A stretch of DNA of 64,000 bases. Origin: Muribaculaceae bacterium. GTDB taxonomy: Bacteria > Bacteroidota > Bacteroidia > Bacteroidales > Muribaculaceae. The number at the start of each line of letters is the position of its first letter. Position 1 is the stretch's first letter. This document shows, piece after piece, positions 11,522 to 20,836 of the stretch. Both the position numbers and the translations under genes were made by a program. The notes below the pieces were generated by a model, which worked only from the letters and a program-made list of their open reading frames with translations, had not been told where the DNA came from and did no database searches. The stretch is from contig JAGAUN010000047.1 of assembly GCA_017620715.1 (NCBI GenBank), forward strand, positions 3,232 through 67,231, written 5' to 3'.

Positions 11522-12688
11522 CTATTCAAAAATGACAATCTGTTCGGGCGCGTTTGTCAGACACTGAAGCCCGTTGTCGGTCACCACGTATGTATTCTCT
11601 ATTCCCACTGCACCTACCTGAGGTATTACGAACTTCGGCTCAAGCGCTATAACATTTCCTTTCTCAAGTCTGTAAGTCGACCGAGGTGCAATCACGGGCA
11701 GTTCATTAATCTCTATTCCCACTCCATGACCTACGAAACCTGCTTTTTGCCTGTGCCCCATGAAATAGTTGTGCAGGTCGGCCTCGCGGGCGGTCTCCTC
11801 GGCCATGTGGAAAATTGCCGAAGCCTCCGTGCCCGGTTTGGCCATGGCCTCGGCCCGGTGGCAAATCTCTATAGAACACCGGTGTGCCCGCATAGCCTGG
11901 TCGGAGAGCGGCTCGGCCGCGAACGTGCGGGTCATATCGGTCATGTAGCCGGTGTAATTGCCGTTGGCATCAACCATCACCGACTCGCCGGGCCTAATTA
12001 CAGTACCATCGGCTCCGACCGGTATCGATGCATCGATGCCCCTTCCGCCCATGGCAAAATCGTAAGGGGTGGGGGAGTCGGCATTCTCGCCTGCCAGCAC
12101 ATTAGCCATAAACAATTCCATTGTATCGCCGTTGGTGCGGAACAATCCCAGACACCCTTCGAGCCTCGACAGCCGTTCAATCTCTATCTGTAGCTCAATG
12201 TCGGTCATGCCGTCGTGATAGAGTTTGGGAATCTTGCGGTACACCCGCTCCTGTTTTATTCCCGAGGCCTTGATCTGCTCGATTTCGTATGGTGTTTTCA
12301 CGGCGCGCGCCATAGCTATTGCTCCTGAGCCGTTGGTAATCTCAGCGTAAGGGAATACGGCACTCAGGCGGTTGGCTGCGGTGTAGCTCAGATTGTCGAG
12401 CTCGAGGGCTATTTTGTGTGGCTGCCCGGGTAGCTCTATCTGTTCAGGTTTGCGTATCTCCACAGCCCCTTCATGGCTCATGCCCACGGGCCGCTTCACA
12501 AAGTAAAGAGCGTCGCCCTGCACGGGCAGGTAGATGTAGCCCGTAAAGATGCGCCCCGTGAGGTAGTATATATTCACATAGGTGTGTATGAGCACACCGT
12601 CAGCGCCGGTTGCCGTCAGTTGGCGGCGTATCTTTTCAGCCCTGAGAGCATGTTCGGCCGGTGGAAGAATTACAAGTGTATTGTTCAT
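11522..12688 (-). CDS. Xaa-Pro aminopeptidase (M24 family)
   Basis: Creatinase-type N domain; GYMTDMTRT, GHGVG, ALEPK and GIENT metal-binding motifs. Confidence 0.9.
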   Translation of the reverse strand: MNNTLVILPPAEHALRAEKIRRQLTATGADGVLIHTYVNIYYLTGRIFTGYIYLPVQGDALYFVKRPVGMSHEGAVEIRKPEQIELPGQPHKIALELDNLSYTAANRLSAVFPYAEITNGSGAIAMARAVKTPYEIEQIKASGIKQERVYRKIPKLYHDGMTDIELQIEIERLSRLEGCLGLFRTNGDTMELFMANVLAGENADSPTPYDFAMGGRGIDASIPVGADGTVIRPGESVMVDANGNYTGYMTDMTRTFAAEPLSDQAMRAHRCSIEICHRAEAMAKPGTEASAIFHMAEETAREADLHNYFMGHRQKAGFVGHGVGIEINELPVIAPRSTYRLEKGNVIALEPKFVIPQVGAVGIENTYVVTDNGLQCLTNAPEQIVIFE

Positions 12689-12697
12689 GACTCGATA

Positions 12698-13339
12698 TTA
12701 TTTGGAAAGAGGAGTAAGAAGGAAGTCGGCAAGGGCGCCGAACAAGCCGAAACGGTAGTCGGCATCTGCGGCGTGCCCGAAACCGTAATCCACATATATC
12801 ATATCTATCCCGGCACGGTGTGCGGCGTCGCAGTCGCTTTGGGTGTCGCCCACATACACACAGTCGGTGAGATGGTGGCGTTGCATGAGCAGTGCTATGT
12901 TGTCGGCCTTCGGCAGGTGTGTCTGACCGTTGGTGAGAGTATCTGTGATATACTCGCCCAGTCCGGTATACTGCAGAAAGTATTCGAGACCCTTGGGGCC
13001 GCAGTTGCTCACCATATACAGTCCGAAATGTTCGGCGAGTTGGGCCAGCGACTCCCTGACTCCCGGGTAGAGCCTTCCGCCCAGGCGCGGCATGAGTTCA
13101 TCATCCACCTCCCGCAATACTTTGGTGAATGCGGCAGCATCAATATACTTCGGCGCTATCCGCTCTATAATCTTGCCGAGAGTCATGCCCATGCAGTCAA
13201 GCAGGTCGGCGCGTTTCACCTCCGCGTCGATGCCCATACGGCGATAGGTCTCGTTCCAGATGGCGGTGTACGTATCCACGGCATCCCACAGGGTACCGTC
13301 CATATCGAGCAATATGTTGCGGTAGCGATACTTGTCCAT
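12698..13339 (-). CDS. HAD-family phosphatase
   Basis: LLDMDGTL motif I, VSN, K, and VGDTQSD motif IV. Confidence 0.9.
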   Translation of the reverse strand: MDKYRYRNILLDMDGTLWDAVDTYTAIWNETYRRMGIDAEVKRADLLDCMGMTLGKIIERIAPKYIDAAAFTKVLREVDDELMPRLGGRLYPGVRESLAQLAEHFGLYMVSNCGPKGLEYFLQYTGLGEYITDTLTNGQTHLPKADNIALLMQRHHLTDCVYVGDTQSDCDAAHRAGIDMIYVDYGFGHAADADYRFGLFGALADFLLTPLSK

Positions 13340-13346
13340 GTCCGGT

Positions 13347-13796
13347 TTATTTAGCTATCACTCCAATCCGTGTGATACCCTTAAGGGTATCGGCACGCAT
13401 CACGTGTCTGATAGTAACATGCGACCCGTCCTTAGGGTTCACCCCGTCACATGCCTGCGCTTCAACTTGATACGATGTGCCTATGCCGTGCCCCTGCCAC
13501 TTGCCGTAGCGGTCGGCCAGGGTGAGGCCCACGGTGTCGCGCACGCATTCTGCGGAGTCGCGGTAAGTCACTTCGAGCCACAGATTGCTATAGGGGTAAT
13601 CGTCGGAATGCGACACTGCCACATATAGTCGTCGGGCGGCGGTGCTGTCGAGGGAGGAGAGTGTAAAGCCTATCGAATCGGTATAGGCAAGCCTCTCAGC
13701 GGGGAGCGCGTAAAATTCACCCGCGGCCTTATGATGGTCGGAGCAACCTGTGAGCAGCGCATATGCCGTTACCGCAACCCAAATCAAATGTTTCAT
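13347..13796 (-). CDS. gldH: GldH-family lipoprotein
   Basis: Lipobox LLTGC, YPYSNLWLEV, LADRYGKWQGHG and HVMRADTLKGI. Follows the PSP1 gene as is usual in Bacteroidetes. Confidence 0.85.
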   Translation of the reverse strand: MKHLIWVAVTAYALLTGCSDHHKAAGEFYALPAERLAYTDSIGFTLSSLDSTAARRLYVAVSHSDDYPYSNLWLEVTYRDSAECVRDTVGLTLADRYGKWQGHGIGTSYQVEAQACDGVNPKDGSHVTIRHVMRADTLKGITRIGVIAK

Positions 13797-13805
13797 GACG
13801 AATGA

Positions 13806-15065
13806 TTATGATTGCTGTTGCTGATTGTCGGCCGGCTTTCGGCGGTCGCGGCGGTCGCGCCGCTGCTTGTCGCGTTGCGGTTTGTCACCGCGTGGCTGTG
13901 TCTCGGTATTCTGTGCTGTGGCGTCAGGCGATTCCTCTTTGGTGCCGCGCTTTTTCTTGCGGTTGCGTTTCTTCTTGGCGTTGTCGAAGCGCGATATATT
14001 GTCCTGGTCGAGGAGGTCGGCATACGGGCCTTTCTCCTGTTTCGGCTGCTCGTCATCGCGCAGAAGCGACTCGGGCTTGCGCCCCTCCTTGTTCATCGCT
14101 ATCACCTCAAATGCACGGCGTGCGTCGATGGTGACAAGATTGGCCGGTATCGACTTGTCGGTACTGTATGTAACCAGACCTTTAAACACATCGTGCTTGA
14201 AGTGAAAGTAGGTATTGTCTGCCGTCTCAAGCCGTACCTCTTTCGGGGGGAGCTTTTTCACAGCCTCTACGTAGGCGTCTACCTCATAGTTGAGGCAGCA
14301 CTTCAGCTTTGCGCATTGGCCGGCCAGTTTCTGGGGATTGAGCGATATATCCTGAAAGCGTGCGGCTGCCGTACCCACACTCACGAACGATGTGAGCCAG
14401 GTGGCGCAACACAACGGGCGTCCGCACGGGCCGATACCACCTATGCGGCCGGCTTCCTGTCGGGCACCTATCTGTTTCATCTCTATGCGCACCTTGAATA
14501 CGTCGGCGAGCACCTTGATGAGCTGGCGGAAGTCGACACGCTCGTCGGCTATGTAGTAGAAGATTGCCTTGTAACCGTCGCCCTGATATTCCACGTCGCC
14601 GATTTTCATCTTGAGCTTGAGATCTTCGGCTATCTGGCGGGCGCGTATCATGGTGTCGTTTTCTTTCGCCTTAGCCTCGCGGTATCGTTCGAGGTCGGCG
14701 GTGCGCGCCTTGCGGAGCACGCGCTTGAATTCGGCATCGGGCTTAACTCCGGCCTTGGCCATCTGGCGTCGTACCAGCGGCCCGGTGAGCGATACCGTGC
14801 CTATATCGTAGCCCGGGGCGGTCTCCACGGCCACCATGTCGCCTTTGGCGAGGTCGATATGCAGAGAGTTGCGGTAATACCCCTTGCGGGTATTCTTAAA
14901 CTGCACCTCCACGATATCGCACTCCTGCCCGGCGCCTATGGGAGTGTCGGCCAGCCAGTCGTAGCAGTCGAGATTGCCGCGCGGCGCCTCACCGCAACCG
15001 TTGCAGCAGCCTCCGCAATCACCGGCCTTGTTGCACGAAGTCTTTTCGTTTTCCTTCGGTTCCAT
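13806..15065 (-). CDS. ricT: PSP1-domain RicT/YaaT-like Fe-S protein
   Basis: RVDFRQLIK, RIEMKQIGARQEA, GPCGRPLCC and GQCAKLKCCLNYE. Also a Cys-rich N-terminus and a basic C-tail. Confidence 0.88.
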   Translation of the reverse strand: MEPKENEKTSCNKAGDCGGCCNGCGEAPRGNLDCYDWLADTPIGAGQECDIVEVQFKNTRKGYYRNSLHIDLAKGDMVAVETAPGYDIGTVSLTGPLVRRQMAKAGVKPDAEFKRVLRKARTADLERYREAKAKENDTMIRARQIAEDLKLKMKIGDVEYQGDGYKAIFYYIADERVDFRQLIKVLADVFKVRIEMKQIGARQEAGRIGGIGPCGRPLCCATWLTSFVSVGTAAARFQDISLNPQKLAGQCAKLKCCLNYEVDAYVEAVKKLPPKEVRLETADNTYFHFKHDVFKGLVTYSTDKSIPANLVTIDARRAFEVIAMNKEGRKPESLLRDDEQPKQEKGPYADLLDQDNISRFDNAKKKRNRKKKRGTKEESPDATAQNTETQPRGDKPQRDKQRRDRRDRRKPADNQQQQS

Positions 15066-15071
15066 CGGCCG

Positions 15072-16616
15072 TTATTTTGCGAAACTTACCGAGCGGGTCT
15101 CACGTATTACCGTAATCTTCACCTGGCCCGGATATGTCATTTCGTCCTGAATACGTTTTGCTATTTCGGCCGACAGCTTTTCGGTCTCGGCATCGTCAAT
15201 CTTGTCGGCGCCCACTATCACGCGAAGCTCGCGGCCTGCCTGTATGGCGTAGGTCTTTATCACGCCGGGATATGAGAGAGCAAGCTGCTCGAGGTCGTTG
15301 AGGCGTTTGATATAAGCCTCAACCATCTCGCGGCGTGCGCCGGGGCGTGCGCCCGAAATGGCGTCGCACACCTGTACGATGGGAGCCAGGAGCGAGGTCA
15401 TCTCAGTCTCGTCGTGGTGAGCACCTATGGCATTGCATATCTCCGGTTTCTCCTTATACTTCTCGGCCAGCTTCATGCCGAGGAGTGCATGCGGCAGTTC
15501 GGGCTCTTCGTCGGGCACCTTGCCTATGTCGTGAAGCAGGCCGGCGCGACGTGCTTTTTTCGGATTCAGACCTAATTCCGAAGCCATCACGGCACAGAGG
15601 TTGGCAGTCTCGCGCGAGTGCTGCAGCAGGTTCTGACCGTAGCTCGAACGGTATTTCATCTTGCCTACAAGGCGCACCAGCTCGGGATGCAGACCATGTA
15701 TGCCTAAGTCGATGGTGGTGCGTTTGCCGGTCTCAATTATTTCCTCCTCTATCTGGCGGCGTACCTTGGCCACCACCTCTTCGATGCGGGCCGGATGTAT
15801 ACGTCCGTCGTTAACAAGTTGATGCAATGCCAGACGGGCAATCTCGCGGCGCACAGGGTCGAAGCCCGAAAGCACTATGGCCTCGGGAGTGTCGTCAACT
15901 ATTATCTCGATGCCTGTGGCGGCTTCGAGTGCACGTATGTTGCGGCCCTCGCGACCAATTATGCGTCCCTTTATCTCGTCGGAGTCGATCTGGAACACAG
16001 TTACCGAGTTTTCGATGGCGGTTTCGGTAGCCACTCGCTGTATCGACTGTACCACAATGCGCTTGGCCTCCTTGTTGGCTGTGAGCTTGGCCTCGTCCAT
16101 TATCTCGTTGATGTAGCTCTGAGCGGCTGTCTTGGCCTCATCTTTGAGCGACTCTACAAGTTTCTCCTTTGCTTCCTCGCACGAGAGCCCCGATACTCGC
16201 TCGAGCTCCTCCTGAGCCTTCACTTTGAGATGATCGAGCTCCTCCTGACGTGCCTGAGTAGCCGATAGCTGCTCGTTTAGGCGCATCTGCTGCTGCTCTA
16301 TGTCGTTGCGCATGCGCTGGTTTTCGCTCTGCTGCTGGTTGAGCTGAAGCTCGCGCTGCTTTATCTGGCCTTCGCGCGACTGTATCTTCGACATGCGCTG
16401 GCTTATGGCCTTGTCGGCTTCGGCAGCCTTGCGCACGCGCTCCTGCTCCGCTTCGAGCTGCGACTTCTGTTTCATTACCTCGGCTTCGTTGCGGGCCTCT
16501 TCCACTATGATGCGGGCGCGGCTCTGGGCCATGTTGCGTTGGGTTATGATAGTGGCGATTATGCCAATAGCCAGGGCTATCACGGCCGTAATCGCTACGT
16601 AAATAAGTAGTTCCAT
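15072..16616 (-). CDS. rny: Ribonuclease Y
   Basis: N-terminal TM, coiled coil, KH domain ([12 protein letters not shown]), HD domain (LLHDIGK), [19 protein letters not shown]. Confidence 0.97.
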   Translation of the reverse strand: MELLIYVAITAVIALAIGIIATIITQRNMAQSRARIIVEEARNEAEVMKQKSQLEAEQERVRKAAEADKAISQRMSKIQSREGQIKQRELQLNQQQSENQRMRNDIEQQQMRLNEQLSATQARQEELDHLKVKAQEELERVSGLSCEEAKEKLVESLKDEAKTAAQSYINEIMDEAKLTANKEAKRIVVQSIQRVATETAIENSVTVFQIDSDEIKGRIIGREGRNIRALEAATGIEIIVDDTPEAIVLSGFDPVRREIARLALHQLVNDGRIHPARIEEVVAKVRRQIEEEIIETGKRTTIDLGIHGLHPELVRLVGKMKYRSSYGQNLLQHSRETANLCAVMASELGLNPKKARRAGLLHDIGKVPDEEPELPHALLGMKLAEKYKEKPEICNAIGAHHDETEMTSLLAPIVQVCDAISGARPGARREMVEAYIKRLNDLEQLALSYPGVIKTYAIQAGRELRVIVGADKIDDAETEKLSAEIAKRIQDEMTYPGQVKITVIRETRSVSFAK

Positions 16617-16684
16617 ATCAGATTCGATTTAGTATGTTAAAGTTGATGTGTCAAAAAAATTTATTCTCGGATTACTTGATTGCT

Positions 16685-16806
16685 AAAAACAAAAACACCC
16701 GCTTCAATCTCGATTTCTGAGTTCCCGCCGTGAGGGGTTGGATGCTCATTTCAGTCGATATTGAACGGGATACCTCATCGCAGCGGCTCTCTTGCCGTCA
16801 TGCGAT
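16685..16806 (-). ncRNA. Structured intergenic RNA between zapA and rny (6S-like remnant or attenuator)
   Basis: A 72-nt imperfect hairpin (16698-16769) with an A-rich internal loop, followed by a U-tract, plus a second hairpin at 16777-16806. It sits at the zapA-adjacent position used by 6S RNA in many bacteria. Confidence 0.45.
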
Positions 16807-16835
16807 TTCTAAACAGTATGCAACAGATTGATATA

Positions 16836-17132
16836 TTACGACATACGCTCCAGTAGGGCGTCGAGCTGCGTGTCAAACGTGTCAAGCGCATTCTCAACTT
16901 CCTTGGCTTGCGCCGACATCGACAGATAGCCGCGGGCAAACAATAGCGTCACCTTAGCCAGTACCTCCTCGGGGGTGCTCCCCGCAAAACGGCTTTTGTA
17001 GGTCTTGTACACTTTGTTGACCTCCTTGGTCACATCGCGCAAAAACTCCTCGTCGGCCGGATTTATCGTAAGGCTCAGTTTGGTTTCGCCTATCCGAAGA
17101 TTTATGTCGAGTTTATCTCTCATTGCATTCAT
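16836..17132 (-). CDS. zapA: Cell division protein ZapA
   Basis: INLRIG..LSLTI...DEEFLR pattern with a C-terminal coiled coil; synteny with rny. Confidence 0.8.
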   Translation of the reverse strand: MNAMRDKLDINLRIGETKLSLTINPADEEFLRDVTKEVNKVYKTYKSRFAGSTPEEVLAKVTLLFARGYLSMSAQAKEVENALDTFDTQLDALLERMS

Positions 17133-17422
17133 TGGGTGAGTTCATCGATGCATTTGTCGATGTCCCGCACTAATTCGGCCAAATATGCCCGGCTACGAGC
17201 CACATCATCGCCTTTGGGTGAAAGCGTGGTCACTACCCGCAGTTCCTCCGCTTCAACCTTAAGCCGCTCATTGAGTTTCCGCTCTGCCGCGAGCTCCCCC
17301 TCAAGGGCCGCTATGCGGGCATCTGCGTCGCTTTTGGCTTTGAGCAGATTCTCATACCTGCTCACGAGCAAATGCATTTTGCCCGTCACTGCCTGAAGTC
17401 GTTGCTGTAGAGTGCCTGACAT
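17129..17422 (-). CDS. Coiled-coil protein upstream of zapA (ZapB-like)
   Basis: All-helical 97 aa ending LVRDIDKCIDEL; overlaps the zapA start by 4 nt. A -7 box lies at 17439-17446. Confidence 0.75.
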   Translation of the reverse strand: MSGTLQQRLQAVTGKMHLLVSRYENLLKAKSDADARIAALEGELAAERKLNERLKVEAEELRVVTTLSPKGDDVARSRAYLAELVRDIDKCIDELTQ

Positions 17423-17608
17423 TTTAGCTAAATTTCCACAAAAGTAATCAAAAAATCTGATATTTCACCACTCATACAAATAAAATAATAAGTACACTCC
17501 AATCCGCCCTTGCTTGATTTGCAAAAATCGATAAAATGCATTACTTTTGTCGCCGAAATCTATTTACACATAGCAAATATCTACCAATACATCTAAAAGC
17601 ATTGCAAA

Positions 17609-18946
17609 ATGAAAGCAAGTGAAGTGATGGCCGATTTGCGTTCGCGCTTTCCCGCCGAACCCGAATATCTGCAGGCTGTAGAAGAAGTACTTAACTCTAT
17701 CGAGGATGTCTACAATGAATATCCCGAATTCGAGCGCTGGAATCTGGTGGAGCGCCTCTGCCTTCCCGACCGTATTCTGTCGTTCCGTGTATCGTGGGTC
17801 GACGATCAGGGCCGTGTGCGCAACAATATGGGCTACCGCATACAGCATTCCAACGCCATTGGCCCCTACAAAGGGGGTATCCGCTTCCATGCTTCAGTCA
17901 ATCAGTCGATTCTCAAATTCCTTGCCTTTGAGCAGACCTTCAAAAACGCACTCACCACGCTCGCAATGGGCGGCGCCAAGGGCGGCAGCGACTTCTCGCC
18001 GCGCGGCAAGAGCGACATGGAGATAATGCGCTTCTGTCAGGCATTTATCGCCGAGTTGTGGCGTCAGCTCGGCCCCGATACCGATGTGCCCGCCGGCGAT
18101 ATCGGCGTAGGCGCCCGTGAGGTAGGCTACATGTTTGGCATGTACAAGAAGATGGCGCGCGAGTTTTCGGGCACCTTTACCGGCAAAGGGCTCGATTTCG
18201 GCGGCTCGCTGATACGCCCCGAAGCCACCGGCTACGGCAATGTGTACTTCCTTCAGCAGATGCTCGCCACTCGCGGCATTGACATCAAAGGCAAGCGTGT
18301 AGCCATTTCCGGCTCGGGTAATGTGGCTACCTATACGGCTCAGAAACTTCTTCAGCTCGGTGCCAAGGTGGTGACCATGAGCGACAGCGGCGGTACAATA
18401 TATGTGCCCGACGGACTTACCGACGAGCAGCTCGACTATATCTTTGAACTGAAAAATCTATACCGCGGCCGCATCTCCGAGTTTGCCGACCGCTATCCCT
18501 GCGAGTATCATCCCGGCAAACGGCCCTGGCAACTCGCATCGTTTGATATCGCCATGCCCTCGGCTACACAGAACGAGCTCGATGGCGACGATGCTCGCGC
18601 TCTGCTTCAGGGCGGTTGCTTCGCGGTGAGCGAGGGTGCCAATATGCCCTCTACCCCCGAGGCTGTAAAAGCATTTATCGACGCACGTATTCTCTATGCT
18701 CCCGGTAAGGCGGCTAACGCCGGCGGTGTATCGGTATCCGGACTCGAAATGGCCCAGAACGCGCAAAAACTCACCTGGACAGCTCAAGAGGTAGATGATT
18801 ACCTGCGCCGCATCATGGCCGATATACATGCGCAGTGTGAGCGCTACGGCCGCGTCGATTCTTCATATATCAATTATGTGAAGGGTGCCAATACCGCAGG
18901 CTTCATGAAGGTTGCCCGCGCCATGATGGCACAGGGTATACTATAG
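17609..18946 (+). CDS. gdhA: NAD(P)-specific glutamate dehydrogenase
   Basis: GPYKGGIRFH, GGAKGG, DVPAGDIGVG, RPEATGYG, GSGNVA, EGANMP, NAGGV. Confidence 0.97.
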   Translation: MKASEVMADLRSRFPAEPEYLQAVEEVLNSIEDVYNEYPEFERWNLVERLCLPDRILSFRVSWVDDQGRVRNNMGYRIQHSNAIGPYKGGIRFHASVNQSILKFLAFEQTFKNALTTLAMGGAKGGSDFSPRGKSDMEIMRFCQAFIAELWRQLGPDTDVPAGDIGVGAREVGYMFGMYKKMAREFSGTFTGKGLDFGGSLIRPEATGYGNVYFLQQMLATRGIDIKGKRVAISGSGNVATYTAQKLLQLGAKVVTMSDSGGTIYVPDGLTDEQLDYIFELKNLYRGRISEFADRYPCEYHPGKRPWQLASFDIAMPSATQNELDGDDARALLQGGCFAVSEGANMPSTPEAVKAFIDARILYAPGKAANAGGVSVSGLEMAQNAQKLTWTAQEVDDYLRRIMADIHAQCERYGRVDSSYINYVKGANTAGFMKVARAMMAQGIL

Positions 18947-19495
18947 CTCCTTGTCAAGATAGAAATGTCGCCACAGCGGAGCGGCCATAAGTGCCTGCTT
19001 CATCTTGTCCGACATAAGCAGTTCCAGCAATTCTTCACGAGATAGTGTCAGCGCCTCGACATCCTCCGTAGGGTCGAGGTGCTGTTCCTTTTCAGTGCGC
19101 TCCACATCGCGGGCCAGGAAGCAGTATGTCAGATTGTTGGTGGTTGATGGGTTGCCCGACAGTACGCACTGTAGTTCCCATTTTCCGCCCGTGTATCCGG
19201 TTTCTTCGCGAAGCTCTCTGCGTGCTGCGCTCTCGGGGTCTTCACCCGCTTCAACCACGCCTGCACACAGCTCGGTAGATATTATGCCTAGGCCGTGGCG
19301 ATACTGCCGCACCATCACATACCGCCCCTCGCGGTTTATGGCTATCACGTTGACCCACGACGGATATTCGAGCACATAATATTCAGGGTTGATGCGGCCG
19401 TCGGGGAGCCGCAACTTATCGCGCCGCGCCGTAAGCCACGGGCGCCGTATCAGATACTCGCTCTCTATAATTTCCGGTTTCCCAATCTCTTTCAT
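18941..19495 (-). CDS. NUDIX hydrolase (ADP-ribose pyrophosphatase-like)
   Basis: Nudix box AGVVEAGEDPESAARRELREETGY and QYRH motif. Confidence 0.9.
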   Translation of the reverse strand: MKEIGKPEIIESEYLIRRPWLTARRDKLRLPDGRINPEYYVLEYPSWVNVIAINREGRYVMVRQYRHGLGIISTELCAGVVEAGEDPESAARRELREETGYTGGKWELQCVLSGNPSTTNNLTYCFLARDVERTEKEQHLDPTEDVEALTLSREELLELLMSDKMKQALMAAPLWRHFYLDKEL

Positions 19496-19510
19496 ATCGC
19501 ATTGTTGTAT

Positions 19511-20791
19511 TTAGTTCTTTAAGCAGCCCACAGGCACCACATCCACCCCGTCGTCGCGCCGATAGGCATAATCGCCGGCCGCAGTCAGTACCATCTTAAA
19601 CGCCGGTTTTTTCATCTTTGTGGTGTCGATGTTTCCGGCAAGAGTATTAAGGGTTGTGGCGCCCTCCTCGATTAGTTTTTCTCCGCCAAGTTTTATTTCT
19701 ATAAGACCGTAACGTCCGTCGCGCAAGTGCACTACGGCGTCGCATTCCAGCCCGTTTTTGTCGCGGTAATGATACACATTGCCTGTAAGGGCTTCGGCAT
19801 AGACCCGCAGATCGCGCATGCACAGAGTTTCAAACATGAGGCCGAATGTACGTAAATCGGCAATAAGGTCGGTCGGCCCAAGTCCTAAAGCGGCCGTTGC
19901 TATTGATGGGTCTGTGAAATATCGCGTATCTGAGGTGCGTATGGCTGTTTTGGAACGTAGGTTCGGATTCCATGCCTCAATATCCTCTATCACGAATATT
20001 CGTTTCAATGCTTTGATATATGATATAATAGTGTCGGCATCAAGTGAATCGCCCTCATTTACAGCCATATCTTCACGAATTGTGGCGTATGTGGCCTGAC
20101 TCCCCTGATGGCGCGCATACGACCGCATAAGTCTGTGCACTCGCGCCGGGTCGCGCTTCACGCCGTCAGCTTCCTGTATGTCGCGTTGCTCTACCGCTTG
20201 CAGATAGTCAAACGACTGGTCGAGTGCCGTTTCGCCCGTTAAGTTTACTGACAGAGGCCATCCGCCGCGGCATGTTGCAAAAGCCAGATGCTCCAAATTA
20301 ATTTTTGAAACGCCCGTTACTTCGGTCGTATTGTCGAATAGTCCGGACAAAGTGACATCGCCGGTTGATTCGCCTGATTCCCAAAGCGACATCGGACGCA
20401 TTCTGAGCCATCCGAACCGCCCGGTGCCGCTGTGCATCACTTTACTCATATCAGCCGGAACGCTTGAGCCGGTGAGTACGAAGAGGCCTAACTGATGAGC
20501 GTGGTCGCATTCAAATCTCACGGCATCCCATATTTGTGGGGCCACTTGCCACTCGTCAATCAGACGGGGCTTGTCGCCCCGAAGCAACAAGCCGGGGTTG
20601 ATGCGCGAGAGCTGGATATTCTGCTCGGTCTTGCCCGGTTCGGTCATATACAGCACACTGTTGCAGAGCTGCTCGGCCGTAGTGGTTTTTCCGCACCATT
20701 TTGCACCCTCAATCAGTACGGCTCCTTTGCCCTCGAGTTTGCGTTTTAATAGCATGTCAGCTATTCTTGGCCGGTAAGTCGTTTTTTTCAT
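19511..20791 (-). CDS. AAA ATPase with DUF4143 / PD-(D/E)XK-like C-terminal domain
   Basis: Walker A GAKWCGKTT, Walker B LIDEWQ, LTGS, HSGTGR, RGGWP, YFTDPS, FETL, and ECDAVV...IEIKLG. Start at MKKTTYRPR. Confidence 0.88.
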   Translation of the reverse strand: MKKTTYRPRIADMLLKRKLEGKGAVLIEGAKWCGKTTTAEQLCNSVLYMTEPGKTEQNIQLSRINPGLLLRGDKPRLIDEWQVAPQIWDAVRFECDHAHQLGLFVLTGSSVPADMSKVMHSGTGRFGWLRMRPMSLWESGESTGDVTLSGLFDNTTEVTGVSKINLEHLAFATCRGGWPLSVNLTGETALDQSFDYLQAVEQRDIQEADGVKRDPARVHRLMRSYARHQGSQATYATIREDMAVNEGDSLDADTIISYIKALKRIFVIEDIEAWNPNLRSKTAIRTSDTRYFTDPSIATAALGLGPTDLIADLRTFGLMFETLCMRDLRVYAEALTGNVYHYRDKNGLECDAVVHLRDGRYGLIEIKLGGEKLIEEGATTLNTLAGNIDTTKMKKPAFKMVLTAAGDYAYRRDDGVDVVPVGCLKN

Positions 20792-20812
20792 ATATTTTGT
20801 TGTTTTACAGCG

Positions 20813-20820
20813 CAAATATA
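20813..20820 (-). promoter_or_regulatory. -7 box (TAtaTTTG) of the DUF4143 ATPase gene
   Basis: Consensus match about 22 nt upstream of ATG 20791. Confidence 0.6.
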
Positions 20821-20836
20821 ATCATTTATTTTTATT

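Noticed and set aside
13812-15275. 487-aa plus-strand ORF antisense to ricT/rny, and similar long shadow ORFs (12473-13354, 48938-50182, 1737-2465)
   Set aside because: They overlap well-supported genes, have no recognisable motifs, and are expected from GC-rich codon bias.
18941-18946. gdhA and NUDIX stop codons meeting on the palindrome ctatag
   Set aside because: Short convergent overlaps are common in compact genomes, and there is no further evidence of function.
20697-20706. 8/10 match between the repeat core (catttggcgc) and the Walker A-coding DNA of the adjacent ATPase gene (cattttgcac)
   Set aside because: Too short to distinguish from chance. Worth revisiting only if it recurs in homologous loci.
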